A stretch of DNA of 64,000 bases from Candidatus Methylomirabilia bacterium (lineage in GTDB: Bacteria > Methylomirabilota > Methylomirabilia > Rokubacteriales > CSP1-6). The notes beneath the pieces were generated by a model, which did no database searches, had not been told where the DNA came from, and saw nothing but the letters and a program-made list of their open reading frames with translations. The DNA lies in the NCBI GenBank assembly GCA_041499965.1, contig JBGQLG010000003.1:15896-79895 (forward strand), read 5' to 3'. Below are positions 8,924 to 17,753 of the stretch, piece after piece (the first letter of the stretch is position 1; each line of letters begins with the position of its first letter). The position numbers and the translations under genes were made by a program.

Positions 8924-9919
8924 ATGCTGCGCTCCGGATCGACGGCCACGCCCGAACGCGATGGGGAAGCATCCGTTCCCGCCATCGTCACACTCACGAT
9001 GAATCCGGCCATCGACGTGAGCGCGAGCGTCGACTACGTGACCCCGGACCACAAGCTTCGCTGCGAGACGCCGACCTACGAGCCGGGCGGCGGGGGCATC
9101 AACGTCGCGCGCGCGATTCGCACGCTGGGCGGAGAAGCCTTGGCGCTCTTTCCCGCCGGCGGTCCGGCCGGGGCCCTGCTGTCCTCGCTCCTCGACGCCG
9201 AGGGCGTGCGGCATCGGACCGTGCCCATCGCGGGCTGGACGCGCGAGAACATGAACGTCACCGAGCGCGTGACCCGACGGCAGTTCCGGTTCGTCATGCC
9301 GGGACCCACGCTGGACGAGCCCGAATGGCAGTCGGTCCTCGATCAGCTGGGCGCTCTCGATCCTGCCCCCCGGTATCTCGTGGTGAGCGGAAGCCTGTCG
9401 CCCGGCGTTCCGGCCGACTTCTACGCGCGGCTGGCGCGGATCGTGAGACCGCGCGGCGTCGCGCTGGTCCTCGACGCGTCCGGCGAGCCACTGCGCCGGG
9501 CCGTGGCCGAGGGGGTCGACGTGCTCAAGCCGAGCCTGCGCGAGTTCGAGGAGCTCACCGGGGAGGAGGGCGTCGAGGAGGCGCGGCTACCGGTCCTGGC
9601 CCGGCGCCTCATCGACGACCGGCGGTGCGCCATCCTGATCCTGTCACTCGGAGCGCGGGGCGTGTTCTGGATGTCGGCGTCGGAGCGTGGTCGCCTGGTG
9701 GCGCCGGCCGTGCCCGTGCGGAGCACCGTGGGCGCGGGTGACAGCATGGTCGCCGGCATCGTCCTGTCGCTCTCGCGTCAGCACACGCTCGGCGAGGCGA
9801 TCCGGTTCGGCGTCGCCGCCGGGGCCGCCTCGGTCATGAATCCGGGAACGCAGCTCTGCCGCGCCGAGGACGTCGAGCGGCTCTACGCCGAGGTGGGTGT
9901 CGCGCCGAGCACGCGCTGA
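8924..9919 (+). CDS. pfkB: 1-phosphofructokinase/Pfk-2 family hexose kinase
   Basis: IVTLTMNPAID, PGGGGINVAR, VSGSL, LKPSLREF, STVGAGDSMVAG. Confidence 0.92.
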   Translation: MLRSGSTATPERDGEASVPAIVTLTMNPAIDVSASVDYVTPDHKLRCETPTYEPGGGGINVARAIRTLGGEALALFPAGGPAGALLSSLLDAEGVRHRTVPIAGWTRENMNVTERVTRRQFRFVMPGPTLDEPEWQSVLDQLGALDPAPRYLVVSGSLSPGVPADFYARLARIVRPRGVALVLDASGEPLRRAVAEGVDVLKPSLREFEELTGEEGVEEARLPVLARRLIDDRRCAILILSLGARGVFWMSASERGRLVAPAVPVRSTVGAGDSMVAGIVLSLSRQHTLGEAIRFGVAAGAASVMNPGTQLCRAEDVERLYAEVGVAPSTR

Positions 9920-10332
9920 AAGCCGTCGAGGAGGTCGCTCTCCGTCAGCATTCCGACGAGGCGATCGCGCTCCACCACCGGCAGGGCGCCGACCCGTCGC
10001 TCGTACATCAGCCGGGCCGCCTCGCGAATCGACGTCCCCGCCCGCACGCTGACCACCCCGCGCGTCATGACGTCGCGGACCACCAGCGTGTCCAGGACAC
10101 CGCGGAGATTCTGCAGCCCGTCCTGCACCGACGGGGCGAACAGGGTCTGGCGGAGGTCGCGAGCGGTGACGATGCCGACGAGCCTCCCGCCCGGCTCGAC
10201 CACCGGCAGGTGTCGGAACTTCCGCTTGCGCATGAGGGCGGCCGCCTCGCCGAGGCGGGCGTCGGGGCGGATCGTGACGATGCGGCGAGTCATCCAGTCC
10301 CGGACGGCGATCGAACGCGTCTTCGGCATCAC
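9883..10332 (-). CDS. CBS-domain pair protein
   Basis: VRDWMT, FRHLPVV, GIVTARDLR, VGALPVV; coupled to the ppsA stop. Confidence 0.92.
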   Translation of the reverse strand: MMPKTRSIAVRDWMTRRIVTIRPDARLGEAAALMRKRKFRHLPVVEPGGRLVGIVTARDLRQTLFAPSVQDGLQNLRGVLDTLVVRDVMTRGVVSVRAGTSIREAARLMYERRVGALPVVERDRLVGMLTESDLLDGFQRVLGATPTSA

Positions 10333-12812
10333 ATCCTCCTCGTGTCGGCGCCCGGCACACCGGACGCACGGGCAGTGTCGGGGGTCGCCCGCGTGGTGTC
10401 GCGGGCCCGCGGTTGCTCCCGCTCGGCGGCGGCGATCGTCTCGAAGCCGTGGACGACGGCGTCGGGATTGAGAGAGATGCTGCCGATGCCCTCCCGCACC
10501 AGGAAGCGCGCGAACTCAGGATAGTCGCTGGGGGCCTGCCCGCAGATGCCGATCTTCCGGCCGGCGGCCCGGGCTCGGGCGATCACGTCGGCCACGAGCG
10601 ACAGCACCGCCGGGTTGCGCTCGTCGAAGAGCGGCGCGACGAGCGCCGAGTCCCGGTCGAGCCCGAGCGTGAGCTGCGTGAGATCGTTGGATCCGATGGA
10701 GAAGCCGTCGAAGATCTCCGCGAACTCCGCGGCCAGGATCACGTTCGAGGGGATCTCGCACATCACGTAGACCTCGAGCCCGTCTTCGCCGCGACGCAGC
10801 CCATGCTCCGCCAGCAGCTCCACCACCCGGCGGCCCTCGGCCGGCGTGCGGCAGAAGGGGATCATCAGCTTGAGGTTCGTCAGGCCCATGTCCGCTCGCA
10901 CCCGCCGCATCGCGCGGCACTCGAGCGCGAACGCCTCCCGGTAGTGCGGATGGGCATAGCGGTAGGCGCCGCGGAACCCGAGCATCGGGTTCTCCTCCAC
11001 CGGCTCGAAATCGCGGCCGCCGAGGAGTCCGGCGTACTCGTTGGACTTGAAGTCCGACAGCCGCACGATCACGTCCTTGGGATGGAAGGCGGCGGCGATC
11101 ACCGCCACCCCCTCGGCCAGCCGATCGACGAAGTAGTCACCGCCGCTGGCGTGTCCGCGGATCAGTTCGGTGAGCTCGGCGCGCACCGTGGTGTCCACCA
11201 CGCGATCCGGATGGAGGAGTGCCATCGGATGGGCGCGCACGGCGTTGGCGATGATGAACTCGATGCGGGCCAGCCCCACGCCGTCGTTCGGCAGCGCGGC
11301 GAGGCGGAAGGCCTGATCGGGATTGCCGACGTTGAGCATGACCCGGGTGGCCGGCCGGGGGATCCCGGCGAGATCGACGCTCCGCCGCGTGAAGGCGAGC
11401 GCCCCCCGGTACACGGCACCCGTCTCGCCCTGGGCGCACGACACCGTGACCGTCTCGCCGTCGACGAGGCTCGCGGTCGCGCCCTCCGTCCCCACGACGC
11501 AGGGCACGCCGAGCTCCCGGCTGACGATCGCCGCGTGGCATGTGCGACCGCCGCGGTCCGTCACGATGGCGGCCGCGCGTTTCATCACGGGCTCCCAGTC
11601 GGGATCCGTCATGCGGGCGACGAGGACCTCGCCGGTCTGGAAGGCCGGCATGTCGGCCCGGGTGCGGACCAGTCGGGTCTGGCCCACGCCGATCTTCTGG
11701 CCGACGGCCTTGCCCGTCACGACGGGCACGGCCTCGGTGGCCGTGAGCTCGAACACGTCGACCGCTTTCGGTCGTCCCGTTCGATGCACCGTCTCCGGTC
11801 GCGCCTGGAGAATCCAGAGCCGGCCGTCGAGGCCGTCCTTCGCCCATTCGATGTCCATGGGCGTCGGCTCGCCGCGCCGTCGGCTGTAGTGCGCCTCGAT
11901 CGCGACCGCCGCCCTCGCCAGCTCGACCGCGTCGGCGTCCGAGAGGCACATGACGGCGGCGTCCGCGACCGGCACCTCGGCGCGGCCGGGCCGGCCGTCG
12001 GGGCCGAGGACGAGCTTCCAGGTCTTGGAGCCCACGCTGTGCTTGAGGATGGCGCCCGCCCCCCGGGCCAGCGTCGGCTTGAAGATCCAGAACGAGTCGG
12101 GATCGACCTGGCCACCGACGATCGGCTCGCCGAGGCCGTAGCTTGCCTCGATGAGGACCACGCCGTCGAAGCCGCTGTCGGGATCAAGCGTGAACATCAC
12201 TCCGGAGACGCCGAGATCGGAGCGCACCATGTGCTGGACGGCGATGGACAGGCGGACGGCGAGGTGGTCGAAGCCGTGATCGATGCGATAGGCGATGGCC
12301 CGGTCGGTGAACAGGGACGCCAGGCACCGCCGGCAGGCCCGCGCGAGCTCGTCGGCGCCGCGCACGCCGAGGAACGTCTCCTGCTGGCCGGCGAAGCTCG
12401 CCTCGGGCAGGTCCTCCGCCGTTGCGCTGGAGCGCACGGCGACCGCGACCTCGCGGCCGTCGGGGCCACCCAGCGTCGCGTACGCCTGCCCGACGGCCCG
12501 GTCGAGCTCGACGGGCCAAGCGGCGCCCTCGACGATCGCCCGGATCGCCGCGCCCGCCTTCGCCAGGACGGAGACGTCGCGCCCATCGATGCCCTGCAGG
12601 AGCTGGGCGATGCGGTCCCGAACACCGTCGGCGTCCAGGATCGCGGTATAGGCGTCGGCCGTGATCGCGAAGCCATCCGGCACGCGGAGCCCGGCCGTCG
12701 TCAGCTCGCGATGCAGCTCGCCCAGCGAGGCGGTCTTGCCGCCGACGTGGGGCACGTCTTCGAGCGTGATGTCGCGGAACCAGCGGATGTAGCGGGCGTT
12801 CGCGGCCGTCAC
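10329..12812 (-). CDS. ppsA: Phosphoenolpyruvate synthase
   Basis: VGGKTASLGE, AVRSSATAEDLPEASFAGQQ, DIEWAKD, GGRTCHAAIVSRELG, ENPMLGFRG, GFSIGSNDLTQ. Confidence 0.97.
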   Translation of the reverse strand: MTAANARYIRWFRDITLEDVPHVGGKTASLGELHRELTTAGLRVPDGFAITADAYTAILDADGVRDRIAQLLQGIDGRDVSVLAKAGAAIRAIVEGAAWPVELDRAVGQAYATLGGPDGREVAVAVRSSATAEDLPEASFAGQQETFLGVRGADELARACRRCLASLFTDRAIAYRIDHGFDHLAVRLSIAVQHMVRSDLGVSGVMFTLDPDSGFDGVVLIEASYGLGEPIVGGQVDPDSFWIFKPTLARGAGAILKHSVGSKTWKLVLGPDGRPGRAEVPVADAAVMCLSDADAVELARAAVAIEAHYSRRRGEPTPMDIEWAKDGLDGRLWILQARPETVHRTGRPKAVDVFELTATEAVPVVTGKAVGQKIGVGQTRLVRTRADMPAFQTGEVLVARMTDPDWEPVMKRAAAIVTDRGGRTCHAAIVSRELGVPCVVGTEGATASLVDGETVTVSCAQGETGAVYRGALAFTRRSVDLAGIPRPATRVMLNVGNPDQAFRLAALPNDGVGLARIEFIIANAVRAHPMALLHPDRVVDTTVRAELTELIRGHASGGDYFVDRLAEGVAVIAAAFHPKDVIVRLSDFKSNEYAGLLGGRDFEPVEENPMLGFRGAYRYAHPHYREAFALECRAMRRVRADMGLTNLKLMIPFCRTPAEGRRVVELLAEHGLRRGEDGLEVYVMCEIPSNVILAAEFAEIFDGFSIGSNDLTQLTLGLDRDSALVAPLFDERNPAVLSLVADVIARARAAGRKIGICGQAPSDYPEFARFLVREGIGSISLNPDAVVHGFETIAAAEREQPRARDTTRATPDTARASGVPGADTRRM

Positions 12813-14134
12813 CGGGGCGCGGCCCTCAGGGCGACATAGGTCGCGAGCGGCCCGCGCTGCACGAGCAACGCGACGGGGTCACCGGCGCGCAGGCGATCGA
12901 CGAGCCGCGCGAAGTCGGCCATGGTGCGGACCCGGGTACTGTTGACCTCGCGCACGATGTCGCCGGGCCGCAAGCCGCCGGCGCCCACCCGTGCGTCCAC
13001 CCGTACCACGCTGACGCCGAGGTCGGGCGTGAGATTCCGCACGACGCACCCCAGCTCCGGCACGCGATACGTGGTCAGCGATGTCGGCGACGTGTCGCGC
13101 TCCTCGCCGAGGATGACGGACAGGGTGTGCACGGAGCCGTCCCGCCGCCGCACCTGCAGGGCGATCGCCTGCCCCGGCCGTGACTCCGCGAGCGCGCGCC
13201 CGAGGTCGACACGCGCCAGCAGCCGACGGCCGTCGAGCATCGTGACGAGGTCGCCGGGGCGCAGGCCGGCGGCGGCGCCCGGGCTGGCGGGAAGCACGTC
13301 GGAGACGAGCAACCCGGGCGAGGTCCCGAGCGCCAGGCCGAGCGCCAGCTCGGGCGTCACGGCCTGCGTGGCGAGCCCGAGCCACGGCCGGCTCACCCGG
13401 CCCTTCTCGAGCAGCTGAGTGGCCACCGCGCGCGCCGTGTTGGACGGAACGGAGAATGCGAGCCCGACGGCCTCGAAGGCCAGGACCGTATTGATGCCGA
13501 CCACCTCGCCGTCGAGGTTCACCAGCGGACCACCGGAGCTGCCAGCGCGCAGGACCGCGCTCGTCTGGATGTACTCAGGCCCGAGGGGACCGGCGCCCTC
13601 GCCCCCGCGCGCGCTGATGATCCCGGCGGTCACCGTCGTCTGCAGCCCGTGGGGCGTGCCGATCGCCACGACCCAGTCGCCCACGCGGGCGCGATCGGAG
13701 TCCCCCAGGCGTGCGAAGGGGAACGTCGTGGTTCCGTCGCCGATGACCAGCACGCCGAGATCCGAGCGCCCATCGATCACGGTCCGGGTCGGCCGGTAGC
13801 GTCGCCCATCGCTCGTGACCACCTCGATGCCCACGGCGGCGTCGGCGACATGCGCATTGGTCAGCACGACGCCCTTGGGATCGATGATGACTCCGGATCC
13901 GATGGGGCCGGCCTCCTCGGGCTCCTCGTCGTCCTGCAGGAGTTCGGCGGGCGCCGTCTTCGGCTCGGCAACGGCGTTGATCACGACCACGGCGGGCGCC
14001 ACGGCGTCCACCACGGTCGCGAAGCTGGGCGGCGCACCGCGCTGGGCGAGCGCCGGGCCGGCGATGGGGCCGGGAACGAGGAGGGTTGCGATCGTGAACA
14101 CAACCCCGTGGATGGCCCGGCGGCTCGACATCAT
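12809..14134 (-). CDS. HtrA/DegP-type serine protease with PDZ domains
   Basis: Signal peptide, GSGVII, LTNAHV, GDWVVAIG, GSSGGPLVN, two PDZ-like domains. Confidence 0.92.
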   Translation of the reverse strand: MMSSRRAIHGVVFTIATLLVPGPIAGPALAQRGAPPSFATVVDAVAPAVVVINAVAEPKTAPAELLQDDEEPEEAGPIGSGVIIDPKGVVLTNAHVADAAVGIEVVTSDGRRYRPTRTVIDGRSDLGVLVIGDGTTTFPFARLGDSDRARVGDWVVAIGTPHGLQTTVTAGIISARGGEGAGPLGPEYIQTSAVLRAGSSGGPLVNLDGEVVGINTVLAFEAVGLAFSVPSNTARAVATQLLEKGRVSRPWLGLATQAVTPELALGLALGTSPGLLVSDVLPASPGAAAGLRPGDLVTMLDGRRLLARVDLGRALAESRPGQAIALQVRRRDGSVHTLSVILGEERDTSPTSLTTYRVPELGCVVRNLTPDLGVSVVRVDARVGAGGLRPGDIVREVNSTRVRTMADFARLVDRLRAGDPVALLVQRGPLATYVALRAAPR

Positions 14135-14146
14135 GCCAGGCCGGAG

Positions 14147-14162
14147 TGCACTGAGCCTGCCA
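14147..14162 (-). promoter_or_regulatory. sigma54 promoter for htrA-ppsA-CBS
   Basis: TGGCAGGCTCAGTGCA; ATG 14134 is 14 nt after the -12 C. Confidence 0.78.
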
Positions 14163-14215
14163 GCCGCAAGCGCACGCCGCTGCAGCTGTTCGGCTCGAGG
14201 CTTCGACGGCGCGGG

Positions 14216-14253
14216 TGTCCCGGTGGCGCCCCAGGTGGGGCATCGGCTCGCCG
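14216..14253. promoter_or_regulatory. Tandem palindromic sites between divergent promoters
   Basis: TGTCCC-GGTGGC-GCCCCA gg TGGGGC-ATCGGC-TCGCCG. Confidence 0.55.
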
Positions 14254-14304
14254 GGCCGCCACGGCCCATCGCGTCCAACGGTGCGAATGCACAGGCCCCG
14301 ACCG

Positions 14305-14320
14305 TGGCAGTGAGGTTGCA
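14305..14320 (+). promoter_or_regulatory. sigma54 promoter for archease-rtcB
   Basis: TGGCAGTGAGGTTGCA; ATG 14334 is 15 nt after the -12 C. Confidence 0.83.
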
Positions 14321-14333
14321 CAAACGCCGAACA

Positions 14334-14762
14334 ATGGGCCGCTACGAGGTGCTCGAATCCGTGGCCATCGCCGATTGCGCACTGGACATCGAGGGCAGCG
14401 ACCTGGCCGATCTGTTCACCACGGCCGCCCGTGCCCTGGCCGACCTGATGGTCGATCCGGTGACGCTCGCGCGGACCCTGCGGCGGCAGATCGTGATCGA
14501 GGCGCCGTCGGTCGACCTGCTGTTCTTCGATTGGCTCGGCGAGCTCATCGCGCTCAAGGATTCGGACGGGGCGGCGTTCCCCGACGTCGAGGTCGAGATC
14601 GAGTGCGGCCCGCCGTGCCGACTGTGCGCCCGCCTGGTCGGCGGAGTGCTCCAGGGGGGATCGGCCGCGCTGCGATCGGACCCCAAGGCCGTGACGTTCC
14701 ACCTCTTCCGCGTCGAGCGGCAGGCAGAAGGCTGGCGCGCACGTGTGGTGATCGACACGTGA
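14334..14762 (+). CDS. Archease
   Basis: YEVLESVAIAD, LFFDWLGELI, DPKAVTFH, terminal VVIDT; directly upstream of rtcB. Confidence 0.92.
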   Translation: MGRYEVLESVAIADCALDIEGSDLADLFTTAARALADLMVDPVTLARTLRRQIVIEAPSVDLLFFDWLGELIALKDSDGAAFPDVEVEIECGPPCRLCARLVGGVLQGGSAALRSDPKAVTFHLFRVERQAEGWRARVVIDT

Positions 14763-14772
14763 GGAACATCGG

Positions 14773-16218
14773 ATGAAGACGATCCCGCGGGCCGACTGCG
14801 TCTGGGAGATCCCGACGAGCGAGAAGGCCGGGATGCGCGTACCCGCCCGCATCTACGCCTCGGAGGCGCTGCTGGCCGGGATGGATGCAGGCGTGTTCGA
14901 GCAGGTCACGAACGTCGCCTGCCTGCCCGGTATCGTGGGGGCCGCCCTCTGCATGCCCGACGGGCACTGGGGCTACGGCTTTCCGATCGGCGGCGTCGCG
15001 GCGTTCGGCGTCGAGGACGGCGTGATCTCGCCGGGCGGGATCGGCTTCGACATCAACTGCGGCATGCGGGTGTTGCGCACGAGCCTGACCGAGGCCGAGG
15101 TACGCCCGCGGCTACCGGAGCTCGTGGACGCGCTCTTCGCCGCTGTGCCGACCGGGGTGGGCGCGCGGGGCTTCCTGCGCCTCGCCGACGACGCCTTCGC
15201 CGACGTCATGCGGGAGGGCGCCGGCTGGTGCGTCCGCCACGGGTACGGATGGCCGGAGGATCTGGAGGCCACCGAGGGCGGCGGTTGCCTGCCCGGCGCC
15301 GACCCCGCGCAGGTGAGCGCACGCGCGCTGGCTCGCGGCCGCGAGCAGCTCGGCACGCTGGGCTCGGGCAACCACTATCTCGAGATCCAGGTGGTACCCG
15401 CCGACGGCATCCACGACCCGGCGGTGGCGCGGGCGTTCGGCATCGAGAGGGCCGGCCAGGTGCTGGTGATGCTGCACTGCGGGTCGCGCGGGTTCGGGCA
15501 CCAGGTGGGGACCGACTATCTCCGATTGTTCGACGGCGCGATGCGCGCCTACGGCATCGTCGTGAACGACCGCGAGCTCGCCTGCGCGCCGTTCCGGTCG
15601 CCCGAGGGACACGCGTACTTCGCCGCCATGACGGCCGCGGCCAACACCGCATTCGCCAACCGCCAGGTCATCACGCACCGGGTGCGCGAGGTCATGGGGC
15701 GCGTGTTCGCGCGCGATCCGCACGACCTGGGACTCTCGCTGATCTACGACGTCTGCCACAACACGGCCAAGCTGGAGCGGCACGTCGTGGACGGCGTCGC
15801 CCGCGATCTCGTCGTGCATCGCAAGGGCGCCACCCGTTCGTTCGGGCCCGGCGCCCCGGACGTGCCGGCCGCCTACCGGCACCTGGGACAGCCGGTCATC
15901 ATCGGCGGGTCGATGGAGACGGGCTCCGCGCTTCTGATCGGGACCGACCACGCCATGCACGAGACGTTCGGCTCCACGGCGCACGGCGCCGGCCGGACCA
16001 TGTCGCGGGCGCAGGCCAAGAAGCGCGTCTGGGGTGAGAGCCTGATGCAGGACATGGAGCGCCGGGGCATCGTCATCCGGGCGGCGTCGAAGTCCGGAGT
16101 GGCCGAGGAAGCGGGCTTCGCCTACAAGGACCTCGGGGCCGTGGTGGACGTCCTGCACCGGCTGGACATCTCGCGCCAGGTCGTGTCACTCCGGCCGATC
16201 GGGAACATCAAGGGATGA
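14773..16218 (+). CDS. rtcB: RtcB RNA 3'-phosphate/5'-OH ligase (archaeal/eukaryotic type)
   Basis: MPDGHWGYGFPIGG, FDINCG, GSGNHYLE, HCGSRG, VHRKGAT, STAHGAGR, EEAGFAYK. Confidence 0.97.
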   Translation: MKTIPRADCVWEIPTSEKAGMRVPARIYASEALLAGMDAGVFEQVTNVACLPGIVGAALCMPDGHWGYGFPIGGVAAFGVEDGVISPGGIGFDINCGMRVLRTSLTEAEVRPRLPELVDALFAAVPTGVGARGFLRLADDAFADVMREGAGWCVRHGYGWPEDLEATEGGGCLPGADPAQVSARALARGREQLGTLGSGNHYLEIQVVPADGIHDPAVARAFGIERAGQVLVMLHCGSRGFGHQVGTDYLRLFDGAMRAYGIVVNDRELACAPFRSPEGHAYFAAMTAAANTAFANRQVITHRVREVMGRVFARDPHDLGLSLIYDVCHNTAKLERHVVDGVARDLVVHRKGATRSFGPGAPDVPAAYRHLGQPVIIGGSMETGSALLIGTDHAMHETFGSTAHGAGRTMSRAQAKKRVWGESLMQDMERRGIVIRAASKSGVAEEAGFAYKDLGAVVDVLHRLDISRQVVSLRPIGNIKG

Positions 16219-16240
16219 GCGCCAGACGGAGGCGAACGAC

Positions 16241-16444
16241 ATGAAGCTCTTCGAGGTGGGCGACGTGGTCAACCATCGCATGGGGGACCTGCAGTGCCCG
16301 GAATGCTCGGAGGAATACCCGGAGCCCTGCCCGTGCGGTGGCCTCCTGCACGCCAGCGACACCGCCGAGGAGGGTCCGGACGGCAATGTGCTGATCGCGA
16401 CGCTCTGTGATCAGTGCGGCCGCACCGAAGACGAGCTCGACTAG
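16241..16444 (+). CDS. Small acidic Cys-rich (putative zinc-binding) protein
   Basis: CPEC...CPCGGLLH...CDQCG; GGAGG RBS. Confidence 0.75.
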   Translation: MKLFEVGDVVNHRMGDLQCPECSEEYPEPCPCGGLLHASDTAEEGPDGNVLIATLCDQCGRTEDELD

Positions 16445-16450
16445 CCGGCC

Positions 16451-16549
16451 AGTGTCCTGTCTCAGAGATTCGTTGACTGGGTAGGGCGCAGAGCGCCGGG
16501 AGCCGGGAGCGCGCCCTGCCCAGTCGACGAATCTCTGACGCGGGACACT
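16451..16549. mobile_element. 99-bp MITE-like inverted repeat
   Basis: 39-nt arms 16451-16489 and 16511-16549 with 5 mismatches, 21-nt spacer; ends AGTGTCC...GGACACT, abuts CTAG. Confidence 0.6.
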
Positions 16550-17753
16550 AGCACACCGGGAACTCGCCCCGGGCGAGGCGGGAGCGGAACTCCGGCAGCC
16601 CCTCGAGTTGAGCTTGCACCGTCTGCGCGATGGCGGCCTCGACGTCGGGCAGCGCCACGCCGTCGTCGAGCACCACCTGGACACCGACCCATGGTCGATC
16701 GATGGGATCACCGATCCGCGTCGCCAGGTGCACGTACACCTCGGCGAGACCGGGCACCGTCGTGCGGATACCGTGGGCGAGACGGTGGCTGAGCACGCTG
16801 TACACCTTGCCGGCGTGGGCCAGCGCGTTCTTGCCCGCCGTGGCCTCGCCGCCGCTCGGCCGCGCGAACGCGATGAGGCCATTGGCGCGGTTGCCCCGTC
16901 CGACCTGCCCGGAATCGCCGTCCTCGGCCGAGGTGCCGGTGAGCGTGAGATAGACGCCGTCGGTCCCGCGACCCGGAACGTCGAGGTTGTTCAGTCGCCA
17001 GACGATGTCGAACGGCGTCTCCCGGAACCGCTCGGCCAGCGCCGACAGGATCTCGTCCTTGCGCCGGAAGTACGCGGGCTCGGACGGCGTGGCCTCGGCC
17101 AGCAGCGGCATCGCCACGGTGAGGCTCAGCCGGTCGTCCTCGCGCCGGCCGAACACCTTCACGTCCTGACCGGTGTCCGGGAAGGCGGTCTTGAAATCCG
17201 GCCCGTTCACCCATTGCTCGACGGCCAGGACGATCTCCTCGGTGGCGCTCAGCGGCGAATACCCGCTGGCGCCCGACGTGTCGTTGGAGACCATCTCCAC
17301 GCCCGCCCGCGGCGTGAAGATCCCGGCGAGCTCGACCGAGCCGGGCGCCAGCGCGATGCGGGTCCGCAGGTGCGGCGGCACCCGCGGCAGATGGCGGGCC
17401 AACCAGGCGGCGACGGCGGCATGCGCCGTCTCCTCGACCGGGAGCTTCCGCCCAGCGGCCTCGAAGGTCGCGCGGTCACCGACGATGAGCTCCATCGGGC
17501 GGGTGACCTCACCGCCGCCGAACCACTTCCGGCACTGGCCGGCCACCAGGAGCGCCTTGTCGACGTTGTAATGGGCGACCGTCCCCAGCCGCTCGAGGTA
17601 CATCCCGTTGAGCGCCACCGCGATCGCCTCGACCAGCGAATCGCAGATCGTGTCGGGGTGGCCGACGCCCTTGCGCTCGACCATCTCGACGCGACGGCGG
17701 CCCACCGGTCGCTCCGCCAGCGCCTCGACGACGACGGCCGCGGGCCGCGTCAC
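16548..17753 (-). CDS. mat: Archaeal-type methionine adenosyltransferase (SAM synthetase)
   Basis: VEMVERKGVGHPDTICD, HYNVDK, SNDTS, GQDVKV, TGTSAEDGDSGQVGRGNR, AGKN..HAGKVY. Confidence 0.93.
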   Translation of the reverse strand: MTRPAAVVVEALAERPVGRRRVEMVERKGVGHPDTICDSLVEAIAVALNGMYLERLGTVAHYNVDKALLVAGQCRKWFGGGEVTRPMELIVGDRATFEAAGRKLPVEETAHAAVAAWLARHLPRVPPHLRTRIALAPGSVELAGIFTPRAGVEMVSNDTSGASGYSPLSATEEIVLAVEQWVNGPDFKTAFPDTGQDVKVFGRREDDRLSLTVAMPLLAEATPSEPAYFRRKDEILSALAERFRETPFDIVWRLNNLDVPGRGTDGVYLTLTGTSAEDGDSGQVGRGNRANGLIAFARPSGGEATAGKNALAHAGKVYSVLSHRLAHGIRTTVPGLAEVYVHLATRIGDPIDRPWVGVQVVLDDGVALPDVEAAIAQTVQAQLEGLPEFRSRLARGEFPVC

